Source: Lysobacterales bacterium (lineage in GTDB: Bacteria; Pseudomonadota; Gammaproteobacteria; Xanthomonadales; UBA2363). From it: a DNA stretch of 64,000 bases. Under the pieces are notes generated by a model that was not told the DNA's origin, searched no databases, and was given only the letters and a program-made list of their open reading frames with translations. Position numbers and translations under genes: made by a program. Numbering within the stretch: position 1 is the stretch's first letter; every line of letters starts with the position of its first letter. Below, one piece after another: positions 19,634 to 30,608 of the stretch. Location: assembly GCA_023228845.1 (NCBI GenBank), contig JALOAK010000009.1, positions 14,007 through 78,006 on the forward strand, in the 5' to 3' direction.

Positions 19634-22084
19634 CTAGAAGATGTCGTAGGCGGCTTCTTCTTCGGCCGTGACACCGCCCAGGATGCCCTGGCCGTGGCGC
19701 AGCAGATCCATGTCCTCGCGCCGCACCAGTTCGGTGATGGTGTTGTCATCGCTGTTGGCGGTCAGGCTGCCGGTGTGCTTGTTCAGGTTCACCCGGACCA
19801 GCCCCTCGGGTACCGGCATTTCCTTTTCCGGGATGCCCTGCAACGCCACCTGCATGAACCTGGTCCAGATCGGCAAGGCGTTGCGCGAGGCGAACTCGCC
19901 TGGACCAAGCGGCGAAAAATCATCGAAGCCAACCCACACAGTGGCTACCAGATCGGCGCCGAAGCCGGAGAACCAGACATCGCGGAATTCGTTGGTGGTG
20001 CCGGTCTTGCCGCCGATATCCGGCCGGCCAATGACCCGGGCGCCCGAGCCGGTGCCGCGCACGATCACGTCCTTGAGCATGCTCTGGATCTGCCAGGCAT
20101 TGCGCGGGTCGATCACTTCCGGGGCGATCTGCTCGGACGAAACCTGGGCCGGACAGGGATCACAGGCAAGCAGGGGCTCGGCCTGGTACACGACATCGCC
20201 GTGGCGGTCGATGATGCGCTCGACGAACCAGGGGTCGACCAGGCGGCCGCCATTGATGAAGGTGGCGAAGCCGCGCGCCAGGGTCAGCGGCGCCACGGCG
20301 CTGGTGCCCAGGGCCAGGGACAGGTTCGGCGGCAACGATTCGGGTGCGAAACCGAACTGGAGCATGTAGTCACGGCCGGGGCGGGCGCCGATGGCTTCCA
20401 GCAGGCGTACCGAGACCAGATTGCGCGAGCGCACCATGGCTTCGCGCAACCGCATCGGACCCATGAACCGGCCGTCGTCGTTGCGCGGCCGCCACCAGCC
20501 GTCCGGCTGCGACGGGTCGGGCAGCACGATCGGCGCATCGTTGACCATGCTGCCGGGATTGAAGCCGCGGTCGAAGGCGGCCGAATAGACGAACGGCTTG
20601 AAACTGGAACCCGGTGGCCGGGCGCTCTGGGTGGCGCGGTTGAACTTGTTCATGGCGAAGCTGAAGCCGCCGACCAGGGCGCGCACGGCACCGGATTCGG
20701 CATCCATGGCAGCCAGTGCCGATTGCACGTCCGGCATCTGGCCCAGTTGCCAGGCGTCGTCCTCGTCGATGAACACGCGCACGACATCGCCGGGCTTGAG
20801 CACGCTATCCACGCGCGCAGGTTCCGCGCCGCGGGCGGAGACGCTGCGGTACTCGCGCGCCCACTTCACCGCCTCCAGGTCCAGCCCGATGACATCGCCG
20901 CCGCGCAATTCAAGCTCGGCCGAGGCCTCGTCGGCGGCCAGCACCAGGGCCGGATGCAAGCCGGCGATATTGAAGCGGCCGGCGAGCGGGTCCAGCCGCC
21001 AGCGCAGGGCCGGATCACTGTTGGCCAGGTCAAGCTGCGCTTCCGGGCCGCGGTAACCGTGGCGCCGGTCGTAGTTGATGATGCCCTCGCGCACCGCTTC
21101 GTTGGCGGCGTGCTGCATGCGGCTGTCAATGCTGGTGACCACGGTGTAGCCGTCTTCCAGCGCACGCTCGCCCAAGCGTGCCAGGGCTTCCACGCGCACC
21201 ATCTCGGCCAGGTAGGGGGCGTTGATTTCCGCCGGCGATTCATGAGGCCGGGCGTGGTCGGGCAGGTCGATCACCCCGGCGTGGCTGGCAGCGTCGATGT
21301 AGCCGACCTCCAGCATCCGATCGAGCACGTAGTTGCGCCGCACCAGGGCCCGGTCCGGGCTGTTGATCGGGTTGCCGGTGGACGGGAACTTGGGCAGCGC
21401 CGCCAGCATCGCGCACTCGGTCAGGACCAACTGGTCCAGCGTCTTGCCGTAGTAGAAGTCGGCCGCGGCAGCGATGCCGTAGGAACGGTGGCCCAGAAAA
21501 ATCTTGTTCAGGTAAAGCTGCAGGATCTCGTCTTTTTCCAGCTCGCGCTCGATGCGCAGTGCCAGCAGGATTTCCGACAGTTTGCGCTTGATCTTGTATT
21601 CGGAGCTCAGAAAGAAGTTGCGCGCCACCTGCTGGGTGATGGTGGAACCGCCCGGAACCCGGCCTTCATGACCGGTGCCCAGCAACCAGACGGCGCGGAA
21701 GATGCCGCGCCAGTCGATGCCGGGATGTTCGTAGAAACGCGCATCCTCGGCCGCCAGGAAGGCGTGCCTGACGCAGGCGGGCACGTCCTGGATGCGCACC
21801 GGGATGCGCCGCATCTCGCCGAAATTGGCGATCAGCAGGCCGTCATGGGTCTCCACCCGTAGCGGCACCTGCAACTCGACCTCGCGCAGCGAGGCCACCG
21901 ACGGCAAGGTCGGGGCGATCAGCCAGTACAAGGTGGCGGCCGTCCCCAGGCCAAGCAGGCCCAGGCCGAAGAACGCGACCAGGGACCATGTCAGGATTCG
22001 TTTTGGCCAACGCCGGCGGGGCGCGGCATCGGCGGGAGGCGGAGTCGACACGGGGGCGATTATACGCGGCTGGCTGCCGCCCAT
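19634..22084 (-). CDS. mrcA: Penicillin-binding protein 1A (bifunctional glycosyltransferase/transpeptidase)
   Basis: Glycosyltransferase motifs EDARFYEHPGIDW, GGSTITQQVARN and RKLSEILLALRIE; transpeptidase motifs SSFKPF and KTGTTN. The start is uncertain: ATG 22084 or GTG 22051. Confidence 0.92.
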   Translation of the reverse strand: MGGSQPRIIAPVSTPPPADAAPRRRWPKRILTWSLVAFFGLGLLGLGTAATLYWLIAPTLPSVASLREVELQVPLRVETHDGLLIANFGEMRRIPVRIQDVPACVRHAFLAAEDARFYEHPGIDWRGIFRAVWLLGTGHEGRVPGGSTITQQVARNFFLSSEYKIKRKLSEILLALRIERELEKDEILQLYLNKIFLGHRSYGIAAAADFYYGKTLDQLVLTECAMLAALPKFPSTGNPINSPDRALVRRNYVLDRMLEVGYIDAASHAGVIDLPDHARPHESPAEINAPYLAEMVRVEALARLGERALEDGYTVVTSIDSRMQHAANEAVREGIINYDRRHGYRGPEAQLDLANSDPALRWRLDPLAGRFNIAGLHPALVLAADEASAELELRGGDVIGLDLEAVKWAREYRSVSARGAEPARVDSVLKPGDVVRVFIDEDDAWQLGQMPDVQSALAAMDAESGAVRALVGGFSFAMNKFNRATQSARPPGSSFKPFVYSAAFDRGFNPGSMVNDAPIVLPDPSQPDGWWRPRNDDGRFMGPMRLREAMVRSRNLVSVRLLEAIGARPGRDYMLQFGFAPESLPPNLSLALGTSAVAPLTLARGFATFINGGRLVDPWFVERIIDRHGDVVYQAEPLLACDPCPAQVSSEQIAPEVIDPRNAWQIQSMLKDVIVRGTGSGARVIGRPDIGGKTGTTNEFRDVWFSGFGADLVATVWVGFDDFSPLGPGEFASRNALPIWTRFMQVALQGIPEKEMPVPEGLVRVNLNKHTGSLTANSDDNTITELVRREDMDLLRHGQGILGGVTAEEEAAYDIF

Positions 22085-22222
22085 GCCATCGGCCGCCCGG
22101 CATCGCCGGCGCCGTCCCGGCCGCTGGTCAGCCCAGTTCGCCGATGTCGCTGTGCGCATGGTCAAGCACGGCCGCGGCTGGGTATGCTTGGCGCCTGTTC
22201 CGCAACTTGCCCGGCCCCGACC

Positions 22223-22492
22223 ATGGTGGATCAACGCCTGCTGGATATTCTCTGCTGCCCGGTCAGCAAACGGCCGCTGCGCGCGATTGGCCGCAAGCGC
22301 CTGGCGGCGATCAACCAGGCCATCGCCGCCGGCGCCGTGCTCACCGTGGATGGCCAGCCGCGGACCCGCGCCCTGGACGACGCCCTGCAGACCGACGACG
22401 GCCAGGTGCTGTATCCGGTCGATGACGGCATCCCGGTGCTGCTCGCCGACGAGGCCATCGGCACCGTGCAGTTCAACGATCTGCCCGACTGA
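22223..22492 (+). CDS. Trm112/UPF0434 family small protein
   Basis: MVDQRLLDILCCPVSKRPL...LYPVDDGIPVLLADEA is the typical Trm112p-like pattern. Confidence 0.8.
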   Translation: MVDQRLLDILCCPVSKRPLRAIGRKRLAAINQAIAAGAVLTVDGQPRTRALDDALQTDDGQVLYPVDDGIPVLLADEAIGTVQFNDLPD

Positions 22493-23397
22493 TGGCGACC
22501 GAGCCGGCCCGGGGCCTGGATCTTGCCGGCGCCTTGGGCGCCTGCCGGATACCCGGCCTGACGGCGCCCGCCGATGCCCTGGTCGATGCCGATGTCGACC
22601 GGGCCCTGGCTGAAGACCTTGGCGACGGCGATCTCAGTGCCGCCCTGCTGCCGGCGCGGTCGGCGCGGGCGCAGATCCGGGTGCGCGAGGATGCGGTGCT
22701 GTGCGGCCTGCCCTGGGCCTTGCGTTGCTTCGCCGCGCTGGACCCGCAGGCGCGTTTCGAACTGGCCGCGCGCGATGGCGACGCCGTCGCCCAGGAGCAG
22801 GTGCTGCTCACCATCGATGCCGATGTCCGTGCCCTGGTCAGCGCCGAGCGTTGCGCGCTGAACTTCCTGCAGACCCTGTCCGGCACCGCCACCGTCACCA
22901 GCGACTATGTGCAAGCGCTGGCCGGCAGCCGCAGCCGCCTGCTGGACACCCGCAAGACCCTGCCCGGCCTGCGCCTGGCGCAGAAGTACGCGGTCCGCGC
23001 CGGCGGTGGCGACAATCACCGCGCCGGCCTGTATGACGCCGTGTTGATCAAGGAAAACCACATCGCGGCTGCCGGCTCGATCGCCGCTGCCGTGAGCCGC
23101 GCGCGCGAGCTGGGCGGCGGCCGCTTCATCGAAGTGGAGGTGGAGGACCTGGCCGAGCTGGAACAGGCGCTGGCCGCCGGTGCGCCGCGGATCATGCTCG
23201 ATGAGTTCAGCCACCAGGACATCGTCCGCGCCGTCGCCATCACCGCCGGCCGCGCCGCACTTGAGGTTTCCGGCAGCATGGATCTGGAGCGCATGGCCAC
23301 GGTCGCGCAATTGGGCGTGGACCACGTCTCGGTCGGCGCCCTGACCAAGCATGTGCGCGCCATCGACCTGTCGATGCGGCTGGTGGCCGAAGGCTGA
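22492..23397 (+). CDS. nadC: Nicotinate-nucleotide diphosphorylase (quinolinate phosphoribosyltransferase)
   Basis: ERCALNFLQTLSGTAT, LLDTRKTLPGLRLAQKYAVRAGGGDNHR and DAVLIKENH are NadC hallmarks. The ATG overlaps the preceding stop codon. Confidence 0.93.
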   Translation: MATEPARGLDLAGALGACRIPGLTAPADALVDADVDRALAEDLGDGDLSAALLPARSARAQIRVREDAVLCGLPWALRCFAALDPQARFELAARDGDAVAQEQVLLTIDADVRALVSAERCALNFLQTLSGTATVTSDYVQALAGSRSRLLDTRKTLPGLRLAQKYAVRAGGGDNHRAGLYDAVLIKENHIAAAGSIAAAVSRARELGGGRFIEVEVEDLAELEQALAAGAPRIMLDEFSHQDIVRAVAITAGRAALEVSGSMDLERMATVAQLGVDHVSVGALTKHVRAIDLSMRLVAEG

Positions 23398-23491
23398 GCG
23401 ATGGGCGGTCTGCCGGCCTTCGGTCAGGCGATCATCGGCGCTGGGCCAGTGTTGCCCGCCCCAGGTCCGGGGATATGCCGGTGATCCGCCG

Positions 23492-24022
23492 ATGACGCAC
23501 CTGCGCCGGGCCGGCCCCGACGACGCCGACACCCTGGCGGCGCTGTCCACGGCCACCTTCCGCCAGGCCTTCGGCCATCTTTACCAGCCGCAGGATCTGG
23601 CCGCCTTCCTGGAAGAGGTCTTTGCCGCCGGGCGCCAGCGGGCGCAACTGTCCGATCCGCAGCAGGCGGTCTGGCTGCTGCAAGACGCGAGGCAGGCGGT
23701 GGGTCTGGTCGCCGCCGGGCCTTGCCAGTTGCCCCACCCTGAAGTCGCCCCGGGTGACGGCGAGCTGCGCCGCCTCTACCTTCTGGCCAGCCACCAGGGC
23801 AAGGGCCATGGCGGCCGGCTCATGCAGACAGCCATGGACTGGCTGCTGCGTGATGGTCCGCGTGTGCTGTGGCTGGGCGTGTGGTCGGAAAACCACGGCG
23901 CCCAGCGCTTCTATCGACGCTGGGGATTCGAGCCGGTCGGGGAATACCTGTTCCCGGTGGGCCAGGCGCGCGACCGGGAGTTCATCCTGCGCCGGCCGGC
24001 GGCTGCCGACCGGCACGGGTGA
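23492..24022 (+). CDS. GNAT family N-acetyltransferase
   Basis: ATG 23492 gives MTHLRRAGPDDADTL.... Acetyl-CoA-binding region LRRLYLLASHQGKGHGGRLM and C-terminal ENHGAQRFYRRWGFEPVGE. Confidence 0.8.
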   Translation: MTHLRRAGPDDADTLAALSTATFRQAFGHLYQPQDLAAFLEEVFAAGRQRAQLSDPQQAVWLLQDARQAVGLVAAGPCQLPHPEVAPGDGELRRLYLLASHQGKGHGGRLMQTAMDWLLRDGPRVLWLGVWSENHGAQRFYRRWGFEPVGEYLFPVGQARDREFILRRPAAADRHG

Positions 24023-24097
24023 GCCGTGCAGCCATCCGGTTCGCACGGCCGGCCGCGGTGGCCATGGCTGGCGTCGGCCCGACAATGCCGCAGGCGG

Positions 24098-25045
24098 TTA
24101 CCAGGGGGATTCGAAGCCGTTGGCGAAGATATTCTCGCAGCTGGTCGGGATGGCCAGTTCCCACTCACCCAGCGGGTCATCGACGGACAGCGGATTGAAG
24201 GCCCCGGTATCCAGGTCGAAGGTGCCGAACACGTTGCGGCCGCTGCCGATGTAGAGCGAGGCATACAGCTTGCCGCTGGCGTTGTCGAAATCCATGCCCT
24301 GGGCGAAGTTGGTGCTGAACTGGTAGGGACCAACCAGGTCGGCGGCGCCGGTATCCGGGTCGATGCGGTAGAACGAGTCGGTCGTGATGCTGTGGCCGTA
24401 CAGCTCGCCGGCACAGTTCATGGCGATGTCGATCATCAGGGGCACGCCCATATCGCCGATGACGTCGGCAACGCCGGTGTCCAGGTCGATCGAGTACAGG
24501 GTGCTGTTGCCGCCGGTGACGCTGTCGGAAACATAGGCCGCTCCGGTCACCGGGTGGATGGTCAGGCCGGTGAAGTTGGCATTGTTCGGTACACCGCTGA
24601 CCGGAGCGGTCGATGTGAACTGGCCGGTCCCGATATCCAGGGTGCCCAGCGCGCGCAGATCGTTGTCGATCGCGTGCAGGATGGTTCCGGTGGGATCAAA
24701 GTCCAGGGCGTAGATGTGCATGCCGGCATCTCCGATCAGGCTGACCCCGGGGAAGTCATCAAGAAGGAAGGCATGCAGCCCCCTGTCAGGCCCCCCGTTG
24801 GCCGCGGTCAGGTTGTAGGCGAACGCCAGATCGTCTGGGGCCAATGCCGAGGCACGCCACGGGCCGGGCACCGGGGCGTTGGTCCGGGGCGCACATTGGG
24901 CAGCCCAGCCGGGCGGCTCGGCCTCGGCGCTGTGGGCCAGACCGGCGCAGTCCAGCGGTGCCTGGGCCGGCGTTGCGGCCAGCGGCTGGGCGAGGGTGGC
25001 GCAGGACAACAGCAGCGGCAGCAATAGCGGGGTGGTCTTCATCAT
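24098..25045 (-). CDS. Secreted beta-propeller-like repeat protein ending in IFANGFESPW
   Basis: Signal peptide MMKTTPLLLPLLLSCATLAQPLAA. Repeated blades of the type YALDFDPTG, LTIHPVTGAAYVSD, LYSIDLDTG, FYRIDPDTG, GMDFDNASGKLYAS and TFDLDTG. No family name assigned. Confidence 0.7.
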   Translation of the reverse strand: MMKTTPLLLPLLLSCATLAQPLAATPAQAPLDCAGLAHSAEAEPPGWAAQCAPRTNAPVPGPWRASALAPDDLAFAYNLTAANGGPDRGLHAFLLDDFPGVSLIGDAGMHIYALDFDPTGTILHAIDNDLRALGTLDIGTGQFTSTAPVSGVPNNANFTGLTIHPVTGAAYVSDSVTGGNSTLYSIDLDTGVADVIGDMGVPLMIDIAMNCAGELYGHSITTDSFYRIDPDTGAADLVGPYQFSTNFAQGMDFDNASGKLYASLYIGSGRNVFGTFDLDTGAFNPLSVDDPLGEWELAIPTSCENIFANGFESPW

Positions 25046-25217
25046 CGCTTCGGCACTCCGGGGGTGGTTTGAGGAATTGATGGCCAGCAACCGGGCAAGT
25101 CACCGGCCACTGGAGACAAGCAACGGTGAAGGCACCCGGGAACGGCCACCGCTGCTGCGGCCATGGACCCGGAGTGGGCGATACTGTGCGATCCGTCCAT
25201 TGCCTTGGTGACCCTGG

Positions 25218-26807
<1,590 letters not shown>

Positions 26808-26962
26808 CGGGGCGGGTTCACTGCGGCTGGCCAACGAAGGTGGTCATCCGGTGCCGATACCTTGTTCACGGTGTCACCGGATACCCGCATTCGCGGCCAT
26901 GACAAAAGTTTCCGTGAGGCAGCCAGCCTGGTTCGGATGTGCAATTGCCGCGTGTGGCAGCG

Positions 26963-29206
26963 TCAGCGGCCACCCAGGCGCTGCGCCAGGCGCAGACTCA
27001 AATGGAGCTGTTCCAGGCGGGCGCGCAAACCGGTTTCGCGCACCGCGAAAGGCTCATCCAGTGACAGGGTCCATTGCCGCCAATCGGCGTCGGTAAGGTC
27101 GAGCAAGCGCACTACATGGGCATCGGGTGCGCACTCGCCGGGCGCCAGCCAGGCATGCAGCCTTTCCTGTTCCAGCCGGATCTGTTCGCTTTCGCCAGTT
27201 GTCGCATCGACCAAGGTGAATTCCACCGGCTCGCCGCTGGCCAATCCGGGCCACTGCGCTTCCCGTTCGATCAGCGCCAGGCAGTCCAGGCGTTGGCCGA
27301 GCGGGCGCAACTGGTCCGGCGATCCCAGCGCCAGGAACTGACGCAGCGGCGCGCCGTGCTCGGAGCTCAGCACGGCGCGCCAGTCAGCAGGCAGGGCTTG
27401 CCCGAGGTCGCGCTGCAACGTTTCCAGTTGCGTATCGGTGGCAGCAGCGAAGGCCGGTTCATTGCCGCTGGCGTCGTCGTTGTGCAGCGTCACCGCCAGA
27501 CTTTGCACCAGCTCGCCAGTCGACATCGCCCGGGCGTCGGCCTGCAGGGCGGCCATGGTCGATTCGATCTGCTGCGCCGACCACGATGGCGCCATGAACG
27601 TCGACAGCAAACCGCGCACCTGCGGCAGGGCGGCGGTGGCGGCGAAACAAGCCAGCCACAGCGCCGACAACATCACCACGCTGCGCCGGCGCATGGGCTG
27701 CACGCGGGCCTGGCTGAGCGTGCGCTCGGCCAGCGCGATCTGCGCCGCCAACGCGGCCGGCGCGGCGGCATCGGCGCGCACGATGGCCAGCGTCTGCGCC
27801 ATCGCCATGTTTTCCGAGCGCGGCGGTTGCTCGGTGTTCGCTTGCCGTAGATCTGCCAGCAGGCGGCGGTCACGGCCGCCATTGCGCAGGTTGGTCAACG
27901 GCACCAGGGCCAGCAGTGCCAGCCACCAGGCATCCAGCGACCAGGCCAGCAGCACCAGGGCGAGGATCGCCAGGGCATCGAACACCTGGCGCAAACTGGC
28001 CGCGCGCTCGGGCAGCAACAGGTGCAGCAGATGGCCGCCATCCAGCGGCAGGATCGGCAGCAGGTTGAACAGGTTGATCAGCAGCAGGAGCAGGGCGGCC
28101 AGCCACAGCCAGCCATCGCCGAAATCGACGCCGACCAGGAACAGCGCAAGGCCGAGCACGATGCCCGGCAGCGGCCCCATCAGGCTGATCCAGGCCCGTG
28201 CCCGCGCCGAGGGTTCCTGCTCGTGGCCGATGGTGACGCCGCCGACCAGCGGCAGCATCAGCATCTGCACATTGCCATAGCCGAAGGCGCGCATTGCCCA
28301 CCAGTGACCGGCCTCGTGCAGGGCGATCACCGCCAGCAGCAGCACGGCGAAGCCGGGCGTCCAGAACCAGGCGCCCAGGGCGGCGAAGGCCAGCGCACTT
28401 AGTAGGAACAGGCCCCACTGCACCGGCAGCCGCGGTGAATGTCGGGCGGCCTGGCGCTGGTGTCGCCAGTACACCAGCGCGTGCGCTGCCGGCACCTGGA
28501 TATCCGGCCGCGCCGCCAGGGGCGAGGGCGCTTGCCGCAAGGCGGTCAGCACGGTTGCCAGGGCGCGGACAAAACCCAAGCGCCGGCTGCCGTCGTGGTG
28601 GCGGCGCAGTTGTCCCGCCTGGAAGGCGTGCTCGCAGACGGCGTTCTCGTAGGCCTGCAAGCGCTCGCCGGCAGCGGCCAGATCAGACCAGGGAATGGCG
28701 CCGTCCTGCGCCGCCAGCAATTCCCGGTGCGCCAGCAACTGCACGTCCAGCGACGGCCAGGCCGCCATCCGGGTGACTGCCAGCGCTGGCGGCGTCGCCA
28801 GTGGCGAAAGCAAGGTCGGTGCCGTGAACAGCAGCCGGCCATCGCGGCACTGGCTGACCAGGTGAATGCGGCAGGCGTGCGGCTCCTGTTCGGACCAGGG
28901 GGCGATCACCTGCGCAAGCACGAGGCCGTCATCGCTGCGATACAGCCGCGCCAGGCGTGGCCCGGGAATGCCTTCGGGCTCCTGCTCGATCAAGGTCCAG
29001 CCCAGGGCGGAAAAGCCCAATGCCGAAAGCTGGCCGTGGCTGTGCTCGAACAGCGGCGCAAACGACGCTGGCGCCGGCGCCTGTGCCAGCACCCGCAAGC
29101 GGATCCGGACCGGGAAAGGCCAGGCGAGCGCGGTGCGCAGCAACTGGACCAGAACCAGCGCCGCAATCAGCGCGATGATGCCCAGCACCGGAATGATTCC
29201 CGACAT
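26963..29206 (-). CDS. Membrane M50 (site-2 protease family) metalloprotease with large N- and C-terminal extensions; C-terminal SMI1/KNR4 (SUKH)-like region
   Basis: HEAGHWWAM (HExxH) and NLLPILPLDGGH (M50 LDG motif) lie within TM segments. The C-terminal TDTQLETLQRDLGQALPADWRAVLSSEHG resembles the SMI1/KNR4 start motif. Confidence 0.8.
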   Translation of the reverse strand: MSGIIPVLGIIALIAALVLVQLLRTALAWPFPVRIRLRVLAQAPAPASFAPLFEHSHGQLSALGFSALGWTLIEQEPEGIPGPRLARLYRSDDGLVLAQVIAPWSEQEPHACRIHLVSQCRDGRLLFTAPTLLSPLATPPALAVTRMAAWPSLDVQLLAHRELLAAQDGAIPWSDLAAAGERLQAYENAVCEHAFQAGQLRRHHDGSRRLGFVRALATVLTALRQAPSPLAARPDIQVPAAHALVYWRHQRQAARHSPRLPVQWGLFLLSALAFAALGAWFWTPGFAVLLLAVIALHEAGHWWAMRAFGYGNVQMLMLPLVGGVTIGHEQEPSARARAWISLMGPLPGIVLGLALFLVGVDFGDGWLWLAALLLLLINLFNLLPILPLDGGHLLHLLLPERAASLRQVFDALAILALVLLAWSLDAWWLALLALVPLTNLRNGGRDRRLLADLRQANTEQPPRSENMAMAQTLAIVRADAAAPAALAAQIALAERTLSQARVQPMRRRSVVMLSALWLACFAATAALPQVRGLLSTFMAPSWSAQQIESTMAALQADARAMSTGELVQSLAVTLHNDDASGNEPAFAAATDTQLETLQRDLGQALPADWRAVLSSEHGAPLRQFLALGSPDQLRPLGQRLDCLALIEREAQWPGLASGEPVEFTLVDATTGESEQIRLEQERLHAWLAPGECAPDAHVVRLLDLTDADWRQWTLSLDEPFAVRETGLRARLEQLHLSLRLAQRLGGR

Positions 29207-29409
29207 GCAGCGTCCCCTGGCGAGCGCCGGACCGGCGCGCGGTCATGGTAGCCACGTCGGGGCCGTTGTCTACTGCCCGGCGCCTGTCGAAACTTGCTGC
29301 CTACACCCTTTTTTTGCTTTGGTGAAGCCCATACAAGTTATGGTCAGAACGGCTCCATTCCGCTGAGCCGGTTGGCTCCGGCGCCTGGTCCCTGCTGAGA
29401 GGTGTTTCC

Positions 29410-30213
29410 ATGAACGCTGGTCATTCCCCATCGTCGCTTTTCTGGTCCCACGGCGCACTGGCCGCAGTCCTGTTCCTGTCGGCAGCCATGGTGCAGGCGC
29501 AGACCCGCATCCAGGCCGGTTATGTCCATATCGACGGTCGCAATGATTACGGGCCTGATCCGGATTGGGCGCACAACGACTGGCGCAGTGTCGACGACGG
29601 CAACGGGGTGGCCTTGTCGTTGCGGCATGACTGGTCGCATTTTTATGTTGTCGTGGAAGGGCAACGCCTGGACCTGTCTAATCGCCATCAACGTCCCATG
29701 AACATCTGCGGTGGTGGCGGACCTGGCCCCGACCCCGGTCAATGCGAGACTTTCCTGCGGGAATTCGCCTATGACGAGCGCTACCGCAGCTATGACGCCC
29801 GATTCGGGTGGCGTCATCGGGCGGGCGAAAGGATTGCAGCATGGGTTGAGCTGGGCGCGGTGCATGAGGACTGGTCGAGTTCGAACCGAACCTGGCGATT
29901 TCAGGACTGGCCGCATGAAGATGCCTTGCCTCTGGACCGGGAATCGGCCAGCGAAACGTCCTGGATCGTCGGCGCCGGTATCGACGTCGATCTATTCGAT
30001 GCAACCCGCTTGGCAATCGGCGTCAGTTATCGCGACGCTGGCTACTACACGGCGGTGAGGCAGTTGCCGGCCGGCCAGCGGGGCTCCAGTTCGCTTCTGG
30101 AAGGCAGCTTTCGGCTGATGCAGGGATTTGGTGGGCCGTGGCAGGGCCATGTCGAGTTCCGCCCAAGCGAAAAGCGGCAGTACTGGCAGGCGGGCATCGG
30201 CTACCGCTTCTAG
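29410..30213 (+). CDS. Putative small outer-membrane beta-barrel protein
   Basis: Signal peptide ...AVLFLSAAMVQAQ. Alternating amphipathic strands and a C-terminal ...AGIGYRF, where a terminal Phe is typical of OMPs. No family assigned. Confidence 0.6.
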   Translation: MNAGHSPSSLFWSHGALAAVLFLSAAMVQAQTRIQAGYVHIDGRNDYGPDPDWAHNDWRSVDDGNGVALSLRHDWSHFYVVVEGQRLDLSNRHQRPMNICGGGGPGPDPGQCETFLREFAYDERYRSYDARFGWRHRAGERIAAWVELGAVHEDWSSSNRTWRFQDWPHEDALPLDRESASETSWIVGAGIDVDLFDATRLAIGVSYRDAGYYTAVRQLPAGQRGSSSLLEGSFRLMQGFGGPWQGHVEFRPSEKRQYWQAGIGYRF

Positions 30214-30608
30214 ATGCACGGTCAGTTGACGCTGAAAACAGGCCGAGACCTCGGCGCTGATGAGTGCGTTGATGCACCGTTCGTCGTGGCTGGCGCAGGC
30301 ATCCGGGTTCTCGGCTGACCTGTTGGTACCGATGCGGATCGTCGGCTGGCGCGTCGAGCAGGACATGGGCCACCATCCCGCCCGTGGCGGCAGGAAGGCT
30401 GGCCGGCGGGGCCTGCGCCAAAGGCGCGCCGGACATCCAGGCTCTGGTCCGAATGCCCGCGAGGGATGCGAGCAGTTCCGGGTCTCCCGATGTCCGGGCG
30501 GCGGCCCCGCCGCCAGCCACTTGCACTGTTGCATGGATGTACACGCTTGACGATAGCAGCGCCATTGCCGAGCCCGTGTCAGCCATTTACCCAATCATTA
30601 CTCAGTCA

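Noticed and set aside
30214-30608. 395-bp gap between the convergent OM barrel and giant exoprotein genes. ORFs 29992..30594(-) and 30023..30586(-) were inspected.
   Set aside because: The translations are Arg/Pro/Ala-rich with no recognisable motif, and they overlap the barrel gene. The gap is treated as non-coding or decayed sequence.
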